From Macrostomum lignano (Eukaryota), in the NCBI GenBank assembly GCA_002269645.1, contig NIVC01002722.1, forward strand, positions 82,535 to 146,534: DNA of 64,000 nucleotides, given 5' to 3'. A program made the translations under genes and the position numbers. This document shows, piece by piece, positions 13,687 to 28,230 of the stretch. Numbering within the stretch: position 1 is the first letter of the stretch; every line of letters begins with the position of its first letter. The notes beneath the pieces were generated by a model. That model worked only from the letters and a program-made list of their open reading frames with translations. It had not been told where the DNA came from and searched no databases.

Positions 13687-14699
13687 GCGATGGACTTGAC
13701 TTTGAAAAACCCCCCCAACTATCAGGTGTGGGTTCTTCTAGCATGGCCTGTTTTACTAACTCCTAAAATTATATCCTGTTGATTAAATTAATTATTTTAT
13801 ACTCTATCTTCATTGTCTAGAGCACATAAAATTATTAATAAAGATAATAGAAAAGTTTTGTCGTTTTTTTCTTAAAATTTCTATTAAAAAACAGTAAAAT
13901 TCAAAACTGCCTACTGACTGTTTGTCTGTCAGTAGTCTCGTCAGGGTGTTTTTTCGGCGTTTTAATTTGCGCACAGTTTGATTGGCAGCTCGATTCTGTC
14001 AAGTAATTTTGTTATTGTTCGGCAAAAATTTTCGCGCTAAATTCAAAATTCAATTGTACGCCTTGCACGTTTGGCATCTCATTAAATAATGAATTATTTA
14101 TTATTAGAAACGCTTTGTCTGTCCACCTTGTTCTGCTAAGTGCATGTGCAATACGCTCTATAAACTTAACCTTCTTTGAATTATTTTTCTTTGTCTTTAA
14201 TAATATCAAGACTATATTCTCCTTTCTGTCTAAACAATACTGCTTCACTCGCTAATGATGTACAAGCGTGTATCCCTGTCCAAATATTTATCGATGGCTT
14301 TGCCTAACCGGATACTAATAAGCTTGTTTTTTATTTGTCTATCCAATATTTATTATCTGTATTCGATATGTTGAATATGGGCCACTAATTTCGCCGACTT
14401 ATATATTGAAAAAAACGATTATAGTTTTTTTACTATAGTGGTATCTGAGCCATGCGTTATATATTAACTCGAAACTAATGATTGTGTAAGTGTTACTTTT
14501 TTCGAAAATTTTAGTAGGCAAGTTTTACCAAAAATACAATTACGGGGATAGAGGGTCTTCCTTTTTTCAGCACAAATATTTGTATTGCTTTTGATAGGAG
14601 ACAGACTTAATGTTCATCTTTGGATATGCTTTGTTCTTATATAGCACTTATGAGTTCTAGGCATAGGGCCTTCAAAGTATATAGTGATATAGGCAAAAA

Positions 14700-14995
14700 T
14701 GGGTTTTAACCTAGTGGTTACAGTGTCAGACTCACGGCTTGAGGGTCGGGGGTTCGATTCCCTATCCCACTGGAACGATTTGTGTCCTTGAGCAAGACAC
14801 TTAACTCTGCATTCCTTCAGTTCCCCCCAGCTGTAAAATGGTTCCCAGCATTAGCTGTGGTTATTGAGGGTGGGTGGCGACCCCCAGTCCTTGGACTGAA
14901 CAGCCGTACGCAGCCTTCAGATGCGGCGCGCAATAGCTGCGACTGAGCTGTCGGTTGCACATCTGGCCATTACAGCAGGTGTAATCAATTATTAA
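14700..14995 (+). mobile_element. tRNA-derived CORE-like SINE
   Basis: A box (TAACCTAGTGG), B box (GGTTCGATTCC), then GTGTCCTTGAGCAAGACACTTAAC...CAG..CTGTAAAATGG resembling the MIR CORE domain. The 3' part recurs at 40203-40335. Confidence 0.7.
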
Positions 14996-17900
14996 ATTAG
15001 GAATAGGAAACGTGCGTTGTATATAAAACTAAAATTGAACCCTCATTTTCTTAACGAAAAGCTCTTTAAATATCAATCTATAAAGATTAAATTTGCCTCC
15101 TATCAAAAGCAATAGCAGTTTTTGTGCTGCAAAAATGGAAACCTATTATCTCCCGTAATGTATTCTTCGGTAAAAACCTGCCTTTTTTAAATTTCTCCAA
15201 GAAACATAGCTTCCCGTCCTTCGTGAGTTGTCCTTGGTGTTGCCTGCACATGGGTCGACACGGACACTGAATAAATTCCTACGTGCCTCAGGATAGTAGA
15301 CTCACCTATGATAGAAAATCACCAGGATAGTAGACTCTTCTATGAATGAGTTTTAACTCGACAAAGTTTTAAGTGCATCAGGAAAGCAATCACGGATATC
15401 TCTGACGCAAACAGCTCGATACAAAAAGAAGATCGTTGCATCAACTGGCCAAACCAAGCAGACTTAATTGGCTCATCAAGATTAAGACAAGATCAAAAAG
15501 ACACAAAATATTTATTGACGCCCGTTGGGAGAGGTGTACGCCTATCAACATTATAAAACTCTCAGTTTTGTAAATGAATCTTAATTTTACAATGAACAAT
15601 TTACAAGGATGAAAAACTTGAAAAAGTTCCAAAATGTGGCTTACTTCTCAACAACACGTTAATTCTAATAACGTTAGAATTTTTACGTCAAGGGTCCTGA
15701 GAATTAACAGAAGTTCAAATTCAAATCTGCTTAAGCGTGGTTTCTTTCAGAACGTATTTAATTATAAATTGCAACAGGGTTTCAAGCCTAAAATGGTAAT
15801 CTAAAAGCCCGCTTATTATTCTGGTTGGTTACTATATAATAGTATATTGCTCTTTCTCGTCTGTGAGCACGTTACATAAAGTTCTTTGTTCATTGGTTAA
15901 TAATCATAGAGTTGTGTACATAAAGTTATTATTGATGAGAAATAAGAAGTTATTGTTAGGTGTGCATAAAGCAGGTTAATTATTATTTCTTTTTTAGCAA
16001 ACCGGCTTGAGCCAGCGGAGGGGTCGACACCACCTGAGCTGCACCCCAGCAAAACTTATTTACTAATCTTCTATCATGCGTGCATTGAAATTATTTTTTC
16101 ATCGAATATTGTTATTTTCTCTTGTCAATCCAGTTTAAGTACTGTAACAGATCGTTTATCGGTAGCTAGTCTCTGAAGGCCTCTCACACCAACTACCTTA
16201 CACGCCTGCTACCCCTCTGCCACGACAGACAGAAGCTTCGAAGAACTGAGACAAGTCCTTTCTTAGGTTTGAGCTCAAACTTTACTAAACTCGGCAGTGG
16301 AGAGCCTCGGCTTTTCCAATTGCATTGTATTTATAATGCTCGGCATTGTGCTCGGGGGCATGCAGTGTTGGGGTGGTCGCGTGATATTTTTCCGCCCCAC
16401 CCATCTTATTTTCTTGTTTGCATGGTTAGCTAGTTTGATGAATTAACACAGAGAGGGCACGCATGGTCTGCGTGGCTGTTTTAGTGCAGGCAAATGGGTG
16501 GGTTTATCATTAATTATCTTGATAAGTTTGTAATAGCATATCAGCGTTTTGAACGCTGATAAGTACCAAGTAAATTTCTTGAATATACCTCGGAAATAGA
16601 GACCATCAGCGAGTCTGCCGAGACAGCTCCCATGCACAACTCGATCGCCCTGACAGCTGTGCCAGCAGGCGGAGCTCTCCGATTCAAATGAAGCAAGTTT
16701 GTGTTTTTTCTGTGCTTGGTAAATATAGAGGGGCAAGGGTAACGGAGAGGTATACCAGCCAGTTCAGTTAATTATTCTAAATAAAGTTTTTACCTGCTGT
16801 ACAGAGACTTGTCTCAAATCTCTAAGAGCGAATGGCCGCATAGAGGTGGGCAGCTGGGTACTAACCGCCTTTCTTGCAGCCTTTTTAGTAGACCATTCTT
16901 CCTTTAGCACTGACAGCCCCTCGACACCCAGCCCATTACGCTTGCGTTCTGAAACTGCTAGCCTGGCTTCTCAGTGTAAGTTTTTCTTTGCTTTTTGTTA
17001 GTCTGATAGAATTCAGAAATGTTAACGGCACAATAAAAAATCGATCTCGTTCCGGTGTCCATTAGTCGCCTGATGCCATCTTTTGAAGGTGCCGACGGCG
17101 TCGGGTGATGAAGGGATGCTTGAGAGACCAGCTGAGGATGTCCAGCAGTTGAGGTTTGCCCACTGTTGAGGCTTGATCAGTGAAACTGAAGAAATTAGCA
17201 ACGGGGTGTCATCTGACGCCGCCTTGCACACCGGTCTTGTGGCTATTTCTACAGTTGACTGTCCCAACTGTGGACTGAACTTCAACTGGGCAAGCTGTTC
17301 CTGTGGGAGTAGTCTGAGGATTTCAGCCGTTTCAGGGCCTTTGTACGTATTTGTCTTTAAAGGAGTATGTAAGGAAGGCTCTCCTACAATTCTAGCTTAA
17401 AAACCATTGCATTTTACATTATAATGGGGTACCTTCATTTTCATAAATAACCATTACATATACGAGTAATGTTTTAAATAGCTATTAAAAGTGATGCTTG
17501 GGTTGTAAATATCTCACGCTCGTAATGGCAAAAAAGATAAACAGAGGGTTGAGCATGGGTAAAGCTAGTTGAGTCATGCTTACGTTGCGTTTTTATTTTT
17601 CCACAAATTTCTAGAGCTGCATATACTATACATACTATACAACTTACTACATACAACATACATTGCTCCTATTGTACTGCTTGTTCAATTTATGCACAGT
17701 GATTGTTGTTGTTGCCACGTAGTTTTCTAAAATATGAGAGGCTGAGTGGTTTTCTAACAATAACATTGTTGATTCTTAAACTATTTGAGAAAGCAATTTT
17801 ACTAAAACTTCATGACGGTTCGATCGAAGATACTGTAAATTCGAGAAAAAATGGGTTGCGGAAAGAACGAAAATTAATGGATAAATGGGTGAATCGACTA

Positions 17901-18297
17901 GATAATTTTTGTAGATCAAGCATTTTATTTTCCGTCTAACTTTATAGAATCAAGGCTAAAATTAGAAAAAACGTTGGCACTAAGCAGAGTTTGGATGATG
18001 CAGGAGCATCTTCTGCAGGAAATGTCTAAATTCCATACGCTCTAATGGTCCAGCAGGACTCTCATGCTTCCGGTAGACAGCAGTCTGACCTTTTGACTTG
18101 CCAAAAATTACACCTTAAGTTAAAAGAGAGCAAGCCAGAAAAAAGTATACCGCCAATGCTCATGTACCTGCTTTTAACAAATTTCATTCTCAGCTAAACA
18201 TACCGACTTTCTAGAATATGAAGTGAGAAGCTGACGATTCGGTCCACTAATTGAAACAAAGGCACTAAAGCTGAAACAAGTGTAGCTTTAAGCAGCA

Positions 18298-19181
18298 ATG
18301 AATCTGCTCCCGGAGCTGAAGAGCGCCGCCATGGACGGCAGAGTCGGCAAGGTGCGGCAGTTTCTACGGAGCAGCGTCAGTCCGGACGTCGCTGACGACC
18401 GGCAGCGGACGGCGCTGCACTGGGCAGCCGAGCGAGGCCAGTCCAGGGTGGCGAGGCTTCTCATCGAGGCCGGAGCTCAGCTGGACGCTCAGGACAGCAG
18501 CGGGGCGACCGCTCTGCACCTGGCCTCGATGCACGGTCACCGGGATGCGGTCCGGCTGCTGCTCGAGTCCGAGGCCAACACCAGCCTGGTGACGAAGTCC
18601 AGCTCCTCGGCGCTGCACCTCGCCTCGCGGAACGGCCACCTCGAAGTCGTGCAGCTGCTGAGCCGGCAGGCCGACTGCGATCAGCAGCTCGCAGACGGAG
18701 ACTCGCCGGTGCACCTGGCTGCTCCGCTCGGGCAGCAGCTCGTGCTCGCTGCTTTGCTGCTGGCAGCCGCGGATCCGAGCGCCAGGAATGCGCGCGGCCA
18801 GACCCCGCTGCACTCCGCGGCTCTCCACGGCCAGCGGGCCGCCATTGAGCTGCTCGTCCGGGCGGGAGTCGCCGCCGACTCGCTGGCAAGCGATGGGTCG
18901 ACGCCGCTGCACGCCGCGGCAGCAATGGGGCACGAGGCCACCGCCCAGACTCTGCTGCAGCTCGGCTGCGGGCTCGTCGACCTCAACAAGAACGGGCTCA
19001 GCCCCGCTGCCATCGCCTGTCGCTTCGGGCATCGCGAGGTCTTGCATCTGCTGCTCAAGCAAGTGACTCACGCCAGAGAGCTCGGAATCCGGCACGAAGA
19101 AACCAACGAAAGGCTGCAGCGATTCAAGAATTCGCTTGTTCCTGCAGCTCAGTCTCGCGGAACGTTTTTGCACGAAGAGCG
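18298..19181 (+). CDS. Ankyrin-repeat exon (7-8 repeats)
   Basis: Motifs such as RTALHWAAERG, ATALHLASMHG, SSALHLASRNG, QTPLHSAALHG and STPLHAAAAMG at about 33-aa spacing. Confidence 0.95.
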
Positions 19182-22100
19182 GTAAGCGTTTGTGATGTCA
19201 GTAATGAAACGGTCTAAACGTATGTTACATAAGTACAGAATAAGGATATTTTGTTGCCAACTGATATCTCGACAGCTTGATATGTACCTGATATTCGAAA
19301 CATCCCTCTTGCTAGTAACACATCTCACAATCATCCGTTAACACTATTAATTATTGTACCTTGCATCTGGAATCGTGGCTCTAGGCTACTTGGTGTGACG
19401 AAGTTGTAGGCCTACTTTTCTTTTGCTAATGTTGATGAGTTGTATAGCGGTCTATCAGGATTTACAACTTTAACATGTATGAATAAGTAGTAGTAAACTT
19501 GGCGAATTACAGGGAGCTGTCGAAATACTGTTGAACACGAGTATATTTATCTATTAAGTATTAGGGCCAGCACAAAGCCAAGAGCGACGAGCGACAAAAC
19601 CAGACCACCAGCTTGGAGGCGAAATTCAAAACGTTTTTATAGTAATTTGAAATTGGAGTATAAAGATTTAAACAAAAGAGAGTAAACTTAATCTGCTTAA
19701 CGTGTCAAACAATACGTACAGATGTACAGTTAAATAGAATAATAAAATACCGATAATTACTTTGTAAAGACTTTCACAACGACGGCGGCACATGAAACGA
19801 TCTACAAAAGCTCAAACCGTCACATTGGATTTATTTTTGTTTCAACCTTTCTGAATACTGCATGGTTTGATTTGGCAGTCTGTGACGTACGCAGTCACGG
19901 TAAGCTTTATTACGTACTTCGATTTAAATATATTCAAATCATGCTTGCGTTGACAAAGATTGTATTGCCCTTGAAAACCATTCATTCAAGCTCCTCTCAC
20001 GGCCAACTGACGTACATACGGTGGGTCCCGTATGTCTAAGTAGTGATATAAGTGAAGTAGTGATTTAGTATCATTCGTACTCAATATCAATATTTCACTG
20101 CAAATCCCTATATTTAGTCACTTGGTCTGTTTCTAATACAGTTCCAAAATTGTATTACTTTCATTATTGATAATTAATTGCCAATGATATGCAGCTGACA
20201 GAACCACTGTAACTCAACAAAACTTTCAGTGAGCAGCCCGACTCAAACAGCCTGCGCGAGGTCCTCATCGATATGGATGCTGTGGCAGATGAACCAGACG
20301 AGCACAAGAGCGCTCAGCTGCACATAGCCCTGAAGGAGTCCGGGTTTGAGCTGAATCGTGTGAAACTGCAATCCGCATGTTCTGATGTCCTGCAGCGCAT
20401 CACTAGAAACCGCCTCGACGCTCAGGAGTACAATGACTGCGAAGTGTACATCGTCGGGAGCTTCAGTGAAGGCTGGTCCAACAGTCTGGTTCGGTTGGAT
20501 GGCCAAACCGACGCAGACTCCGACATCGACGTCTGCTTCGTTGCGAGAGGGATGCTCTTTCATCTCAAAGGCAGCTGCAGCTGCATCAACTGCAGATTCG
20601 ATGAAGAACGACATAGGGCAGTTGAATATGAAGACGGGCACATTAAGTGGCCTGGATCGCGTAAGAGGATATTGGCTGGAATCTGTGATTTTCATTTTCA
20701 CTTGTGTACCCTCATTTGCATCATTTTACCAAAAGCATCATTTTCCTAAAAGCTCACCCACTAACAATTTCGCCCCAAACAGCCTCGAATCCGTCGCAGA
20801 CCTGGGCCGGGTCGGAGGTCAGACCGGCAGTGGATCTTGTGTGGGCGTTCCGCTGCTGTTGCTATCCAAAACTGGAAGTGCTGCAGCCAGGATACAGTAC
20901 TCACATTGCGCCATCAGTGCTGCAGAGCCTGAGGCAGGAGATGCTGGAGTCTCCATGTCACCTGGTGGCAGCGGCTCCCCCCAGCAAGGACGGGCAGCAG
21001 CTGAGGATCAGCACCACCTTCCTGGAACGAAGGCTGCTCAGAAGCCTCACAACTGAGCAGGGACACGTGTTCGTGCTTATCAAGTTTATCATTAAGAAAG
21101 TGATTTCAGCTCGAGTTAATGGACTCAAGACCTACATAGCCAAGAGTCTGATGTTTTACCTGCTGGATGAGACGCCTGCTACTCACTGGCAGTCCGAAAA
21201 CCTCATCAGTCTGGCGAAAGGAGCACTTTCGATTCTGTTGCGGTGTCTGCTGGACAAGGGTATTTCAGATGCGGACAAGTGCATGAAGCACTTCTTCATG
21301 AGAGATGCCTGGGTGTACTTAAAGAAGCGCCACAGTGGAAAGAAGCTGATTTCAGATGTTGTGAAGGACATCATCGAAAAGCTGTCAGAAGTTGTGTCGT
21401 GTTTTTACGAAACGCTGCGACCACTGGAGGATGCGAAAAACTTTAGCTTTCATCCGTTCCTGGTGCTGCCAGTTTTGATTCCGAGGCCAGTTCCGATGGC
21501 ATCAAACCTGCAGTTCCACGATGTGTATGACGCGATCCGGTCCATTCTGCTGAACTTGGCTCATGAAGAGTGCCGCGAAGAAGACAAAAAGGTCATGATG
21601 AAGCTGGCTCGCAGAGTTCCTAACTACGCTGCATGTCCGAAGCACTGCCTCTTCGCGCTGATCTACTTGAAATTCGAAATGCGCTACGCGGCGCGAAGGG
21701 TCTTGCGCTCGTTCCGCTATCAACAGGTCAGCCGAGGACTGTCACACTGGAAGGTGCGCGCCACTGACGCAGAGTCTGAGTTGGCGGTGTGGCAGCACCT
21801 GGAAAGATCCAGTTCGGTTTGGAAGCTCCTGATTCAATCCGACAAGCCGCCCGTTCTGTCGTTTTTGCCGGACAAATTCAGGCAGCATTTTTCACTGAGC
21901 TGTGGCCAGTTTGACTGGTACTACGTGAACTTTGACGCGCTGCTGAAAGCCCTCAGCCTCTATCTGGATCACGATATGGGACTTGAACTGTGGTTTGAAG
22001 AAACTCTCCGCTGTGCGAGTCCAGACGTTCAGGAGCTGCTTGTAACTCTTGAGCTTTGTGGGGATAGCGACCTGCTTGTCCAACTGGTTCAGAGACACAG

Positions 22101-22796
22101 GCGAGCCATTTGCGACCACCAGGGCACGAGAGAGAAGGTCGAGCAGCTGATGCAGGAGTCGGTAAGTCAGACTGGTCATTGCAATACCTTTATAACAATT
22201 ATTAAAAATGAAAAAAGCTAGAGGCCACATCAATTATTGCTCATGAGTGATTTCCGATTCTCTTGCAGCAGTCCCTGGCTGAAAGGAGCTTCCGAAGGAC
22301 AGCGCGAGCGTTGCCTGGGGCAGAAAGCACTGATGAGGACCAGCTGTTTCTAGGCCGGGGAAGAGACCGACCCGTAAGGTTCATCCTTGTTAAGCTATTC
22401 ATCTGCCTTTGCAGCCTGTCGCCCCTGGTCTTCTTAGCGCAGAAGTCCCGGCGCTACGGATTTTCCATTGGCAAGGAGTGCCTGGTGGCAGCCGTTCGCA
22501 AGCATCTCGCTCGCCGCGTCAGAGGAAGCGTTCTGGGCCGGTACTCGTCTGCTAGAAACATTATGATTGGCAATTGCGTCTTGTTTGTCTTCCTTGGAAC
22601 CTATGTGCTCATCTGTTCAAGTAGCTACTCCCATCACAAAACCTGGCTGTCGACTTTAATTTTTTTGATTTTTATTACTGCATGCTTAATAATTCTCATT
22701 TGTACCTGCGGAATTTCCTGTATAACGCACCGGGCTGCGTCAAATATGGTTAACCACACAGTTGCAAGTGCTGAAGTGACTCATGCAGAGACGTAA
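18298..22796 (+). CDS. Ankyrin-repeat + cGAS-like/Mab-21 nucleotidyltransferase (cGLR) + putative 3-TM tail, about 1083 aa, 4 exons
   Basis: Exons 18298-19181 (TALH/SALH/TPLH ankyrin repeats; donor CG|GTAAG), 20230-20660 (TTTCAG acceptor in frame; YIVGSFSEG...DSDIDV), 20753-22161 (AVDLV; LRISTTFLERRLL; LKTYIAKSLMFYLL; CMKHFFM) and 22269-22796. Summed length is 3252 nt, a multiple of 3 with no internal stop. The ankyrin-to-NTase splice is inferred. Confidence 0.75.
20230..22161 (+). CDS. cGAS-like/Mab-21 NTase exons 2-3
   Basis: GS activation loop, DxD, a third Asp in VDLV, and Mab-21 C-lobe motifs; 92-nt intron at 20661-20752. Confidence 0.85.
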
Positions 22797-23542
22797 GCTC
22801 TTACGAACTTGAGTTAAAAACTGACGCTTCTAGCGTTCTTAAATGCGTTCGATTAAACTTCCACAGACATGTCGTAACCTCCTGACTTGCCCCGCCAACG
22901 GAATTTTTACTGCGCTAAATTTTTATTTTAATTAACATATGTTTCTGTCTGAAGTTTTTTCACTTAGGTTCTGGGATTTGTTTGCTCATAACTTTGTCTG
23001 TGTTTCATTTTATCTATTGTTATAATCGCAGATTGTTATCTGTGTTTAATTTCTGTTATAATCGCTGTTGTTCAATTCAGTTCAATTCAGTATCAATTCA
23101 AACAGTTAATTTGGTTATTAGTTATCTGTAGGAATGCGAGCTGGTCAGTCAGCCACTGCTAATTATCCAGCCCCATACTGATCATTTGCCCGCTTTGCCC
23201 TCCCCGCCCGCTCAGCCTCGTGAATCCGCCGTCCCCTCACAGGCCCGCAGCTGTTCAGTTGTTGCTGAGGTCACAAGTTCGAGTCCCTTCACCGCCGTCC
23301 CAGCTGGACAAATTTGAGTCCAGTATATGACTGTACTGCGACTAATGATCAAAAACAATGGCTAATAAACTACGTGCTCGTAGTAGACTACTAAACTGTC
23401 AATAATATTTAGAGGCACTTGTTATTATGCGTGACAATCAAGCAGTTCACTTATAGCGTCAAGCAGTAAAACTGAATAATGTATTTGGAGCTTTCAAAGT
23501 TAATTTATTTTCGAAATTCGAGTTTACCGCACTGTTTTAATA

Positions 23543-23946
23543 TTACTGCCTTTGGGGCAGAAATTTTCCGAACGCCTCTAGCTCACAGATGGTCAGATAT
23601 CCCAGGCTACTTTTCACCATGATCTCCTGTCCAACACCCTCGCATGGTAGCGCCTTGGAGCTGAACTCTTCGCCATTGCTATACCGACTGCACTCGCTTT
23701 TCTCGTCAATATAGATGGCAAAGTTGGTTAATCCGGATCGTCGATTGAGTCGGTTGTAAATTTTGACCATCATGAATTGCACCTGATAATCGGTGGCCGC
23801 CCTCCACCAGCCGGCTCTTGCACTGTCCACAAAAGCGCAGGTCTGCAGGTGAGTAGACGGATCTTCCAGGCGGTCATCAATAGCTTTTTCGCACGTGTGG
23901 GTGTAGTATGATGAGCTCTGTTTGCAGCGCGTCAGAGGCAGCTTGT
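23543..23946 (-). CDS. F-type lectin-like domain exon 1 (terminal exon with stop)
   Basis: Phase-1 acceptor (CTCAG|AC AAG CTG); CAFVDSARAGWW...KIYNRLNRRSGL...LTICELEAFG; TAA at 23545-23543; AATAAA about 35 nt downstream. Confidence 0.75.
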
Positions 23947-24091
23947 CTGAGGGTTCCCGAATTAAAAATTCCTTTTAAATTATAAGCATAAAAGCATCAA
24001 TTGCATTCCTGAGTTGAATTTTCGGACACTTCTCAATATTATTACTTGTAGAAAACAGCTTATCACATAGAATTATTACAATTTCCGTGAT

Positions 24092-24454
24092 TTTTTTTAG
24101 AGGCAGGGGGGGGCTGTGTGCACCCTGGCGCACTTTAAGCGACATAGGCACACAACCGGCGAGAGGCATTGCTGCCCATTCCGCCGACTCCCCTGAGCAG
24201 GGCATACAAGCGCGCGGATACGTACGCAGGCACACACTCACACAGGAGTGTACAGCGGCCCTAACTTTATATTATCGTTAGGCATGTACACTTCACTGTG
24301 CCTTCGGGGTTGGCTCTCAAGGCTGTAAATTGCACGAGCAGAGCCAAGCCGAGATTCCAATTCAGCCCCAAATTAATGTGACTGCACTTGGAATCGAGCC
24401 TGGGTCGCTGGCACACCAGAGCCTGCGCTAGACCGCTGGGCTACGGCCCTCCTT
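24092..24454 (-). mobile_element. tRNA-derived SINE with A-tail and 12-bp TSD
   Basis: Minus-strand head GGGCCGTAGCCCAGCGG...GGCTCGATTCC; A8 tail; TSD AATTTCCGTGAT at 24080-24091 and 24455-24466. Confidence 0.8.
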
Positions 24455-24544
24455 AATTTCCGTGATAATACGTAAACATTAATTTTGAATTTTAGATTAA
24501 TTAGGTTTCAAAGACGCGTTTGCACTAAACTGATTTGTTCTTAC

Positions 24545-24943
24545 CCTCGGCAGGCAAAGACTCTCCGTAGGCTTCAAACTCGCAGAGTGTCAAGTATGGA
24601 ATATTGCTTTTCACCATGATCTCCTGTCCGTATCCATCGCATCTCAGAGTTTTCGACAAAAAGTATTCCGAATCTGTGTACCGATTGCACACTTTCTTCT
24701 CGTCAATGATCACTTCTAAGTTTGTCCGTCTAGACTGACGTTCCTTTGTCAATCGGTTGTAGATTTTGACGTAGATAAACCGTACGGGCTTTTCAGTTTG
24801 AGCCCTCCACCAGGAGTTGTCTGCATTGGTCAGCGCGCAGTGGTCCAGCGTGTCGCCTAATTTATTATCGTAAGCTCTATCGCAGAGAGAAGTCGAACTG
24901 AACTTATCCGAGCCCTGGCTGCAGTTGGTCAGCTTGAGCTTCT
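24545..24943 (-). CDS. F-type lectin-like domain exon 2 (phase 1-1, 399 nt)
   Basis: CAG acceptor (alternative NAGNAG start at 24946); donor G|GTAAG; CSQG...CALT...SWW...IYNR...TLCEFEAYG. Confidence 0.8.
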
Positions 24944-25182
24944 CTGCTGAATGGTTTTTGTTGGAGTGGAGTAGATTTTATTGAAGACGAACGGATATTT
25001 CTATCAGTTATTAAGAATACCCTATGACTCATAATAGTAAAACTGTACTTATACATTTGAGTTTCTAAATAATATTAAATAATTGCTTCCACATGCTAAC
25101 ACATGAGTTTTGTCCAAATAGGAAGTTAAAGGTGTAATCGATTATAATAATTCCTTGTGCTCTTAATCAATATCGTACTCAC

Positions 25183-25587
25183 TTTCCATCGGAAGAGTTT
25201 CTCCAAACGCCTCAATCTCGCAGATCGCCAGCTGCTTGGGCAGGTGACTTCTCACCATGATCTCCTGTCCGGATGCGTCGCATCGTAGAGTCTTGGAGGC
25301 GAATTGTGTCGAATCTTTGTACCGATTGCACACGTTCGTTTCGTCTATTACAACTTCGAAGTCGGTCAGTGTGTCTCGATTCGTGAGCCGATTGTAGATT
25401 TTGATGTACATGAAGCGCACAGGATGCTCAGTTTTCGCCTTCCACCAGGTGTTGTCAATATTGGTGATGGCGCAGTTCTGAATGGGATTATCTGGATCGT
25501 CTAGCTTATCATCGTAAGCTTTGTCGCAAGAGTGCTTGATGCCGTCTAAGCTCGAGCCTTGGCTACAGTTGACCAACTTGAGTTTTT
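25183..25587 (-). CDS. F-type lectin-like domain exon 3 (phase 1-1, 405 nt)
   Basis: GACAG|AA AAA CTC; donor A|GTGAGT; CAIT...TWW...IYNR...LAICEIEAFG. Confidence 0.8.
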
Positions 25588-26006
25588 CTGTCAAGATAAA
25601 AAAGGAATAAGTAAACTGTTTGCTTTATTACAAGGTTTAGGTTTTTTGTTTGTGATTTTATAGTCATCCAAGTGCATTTTTGTCGCGATTTTTCAGTTAA
25701 AGGCAGAACGGGCAGATGTAGGCGAGCTTTGATTGGTAACCTAGCCATCAAATCATTCTATGATTGCATTGAACCTTTCAATTTAAAAAGACATGAGAGT
25801 TTTGTCGCTCTTGTTTGCATCATAGACTAATAAAAAACCTTAGCTGTCTCGAGAAATTGTACATGTACCAATAAAAAAACTATGCAATAGAACACAATTC
25901 AAAATTATTCGCACCGTAGAAGGGTGTAATGCTCTGCGTTTGAAGAGGACATTACGCTTGTACATTTCAATTTCTTTGCTAGTATACCTGAGTTGCAAGG
26001 GAGCAC

Positions 26007-28094
<2,088 letters not shown>

Positions 28095-28230
28095 ATAGAC
28101 CCGAAATGCGAGGCTTGAGTTACGACTAGAGGGGTCGCTTGAAACTATAGTAGATTTACCATGGACGAAAAGGTCAGGTAATTACTGAACTAGGAACCAA
28201 AGCAGAGTTATTAACGGATCTTGTCCTCAC

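Noticed and set aside
14996-18200. Short ORFs between FLOT2 and the ankyrin exon
   Set aside because: No recognisable motifs or consistent splice model; probably decayed repeats.
18364-19173. Antisense and alternative-frame ORFs over the ankyrin exon
   Set aside because: Shadow ORFs of GC-rich coding sequence.
20230-22161. Bacterial CD-NTase/CBASS contamination or recent horizontal transfer
   Set aside because: Spliceosomal introns, Mab-21-type motifs and no operon context.
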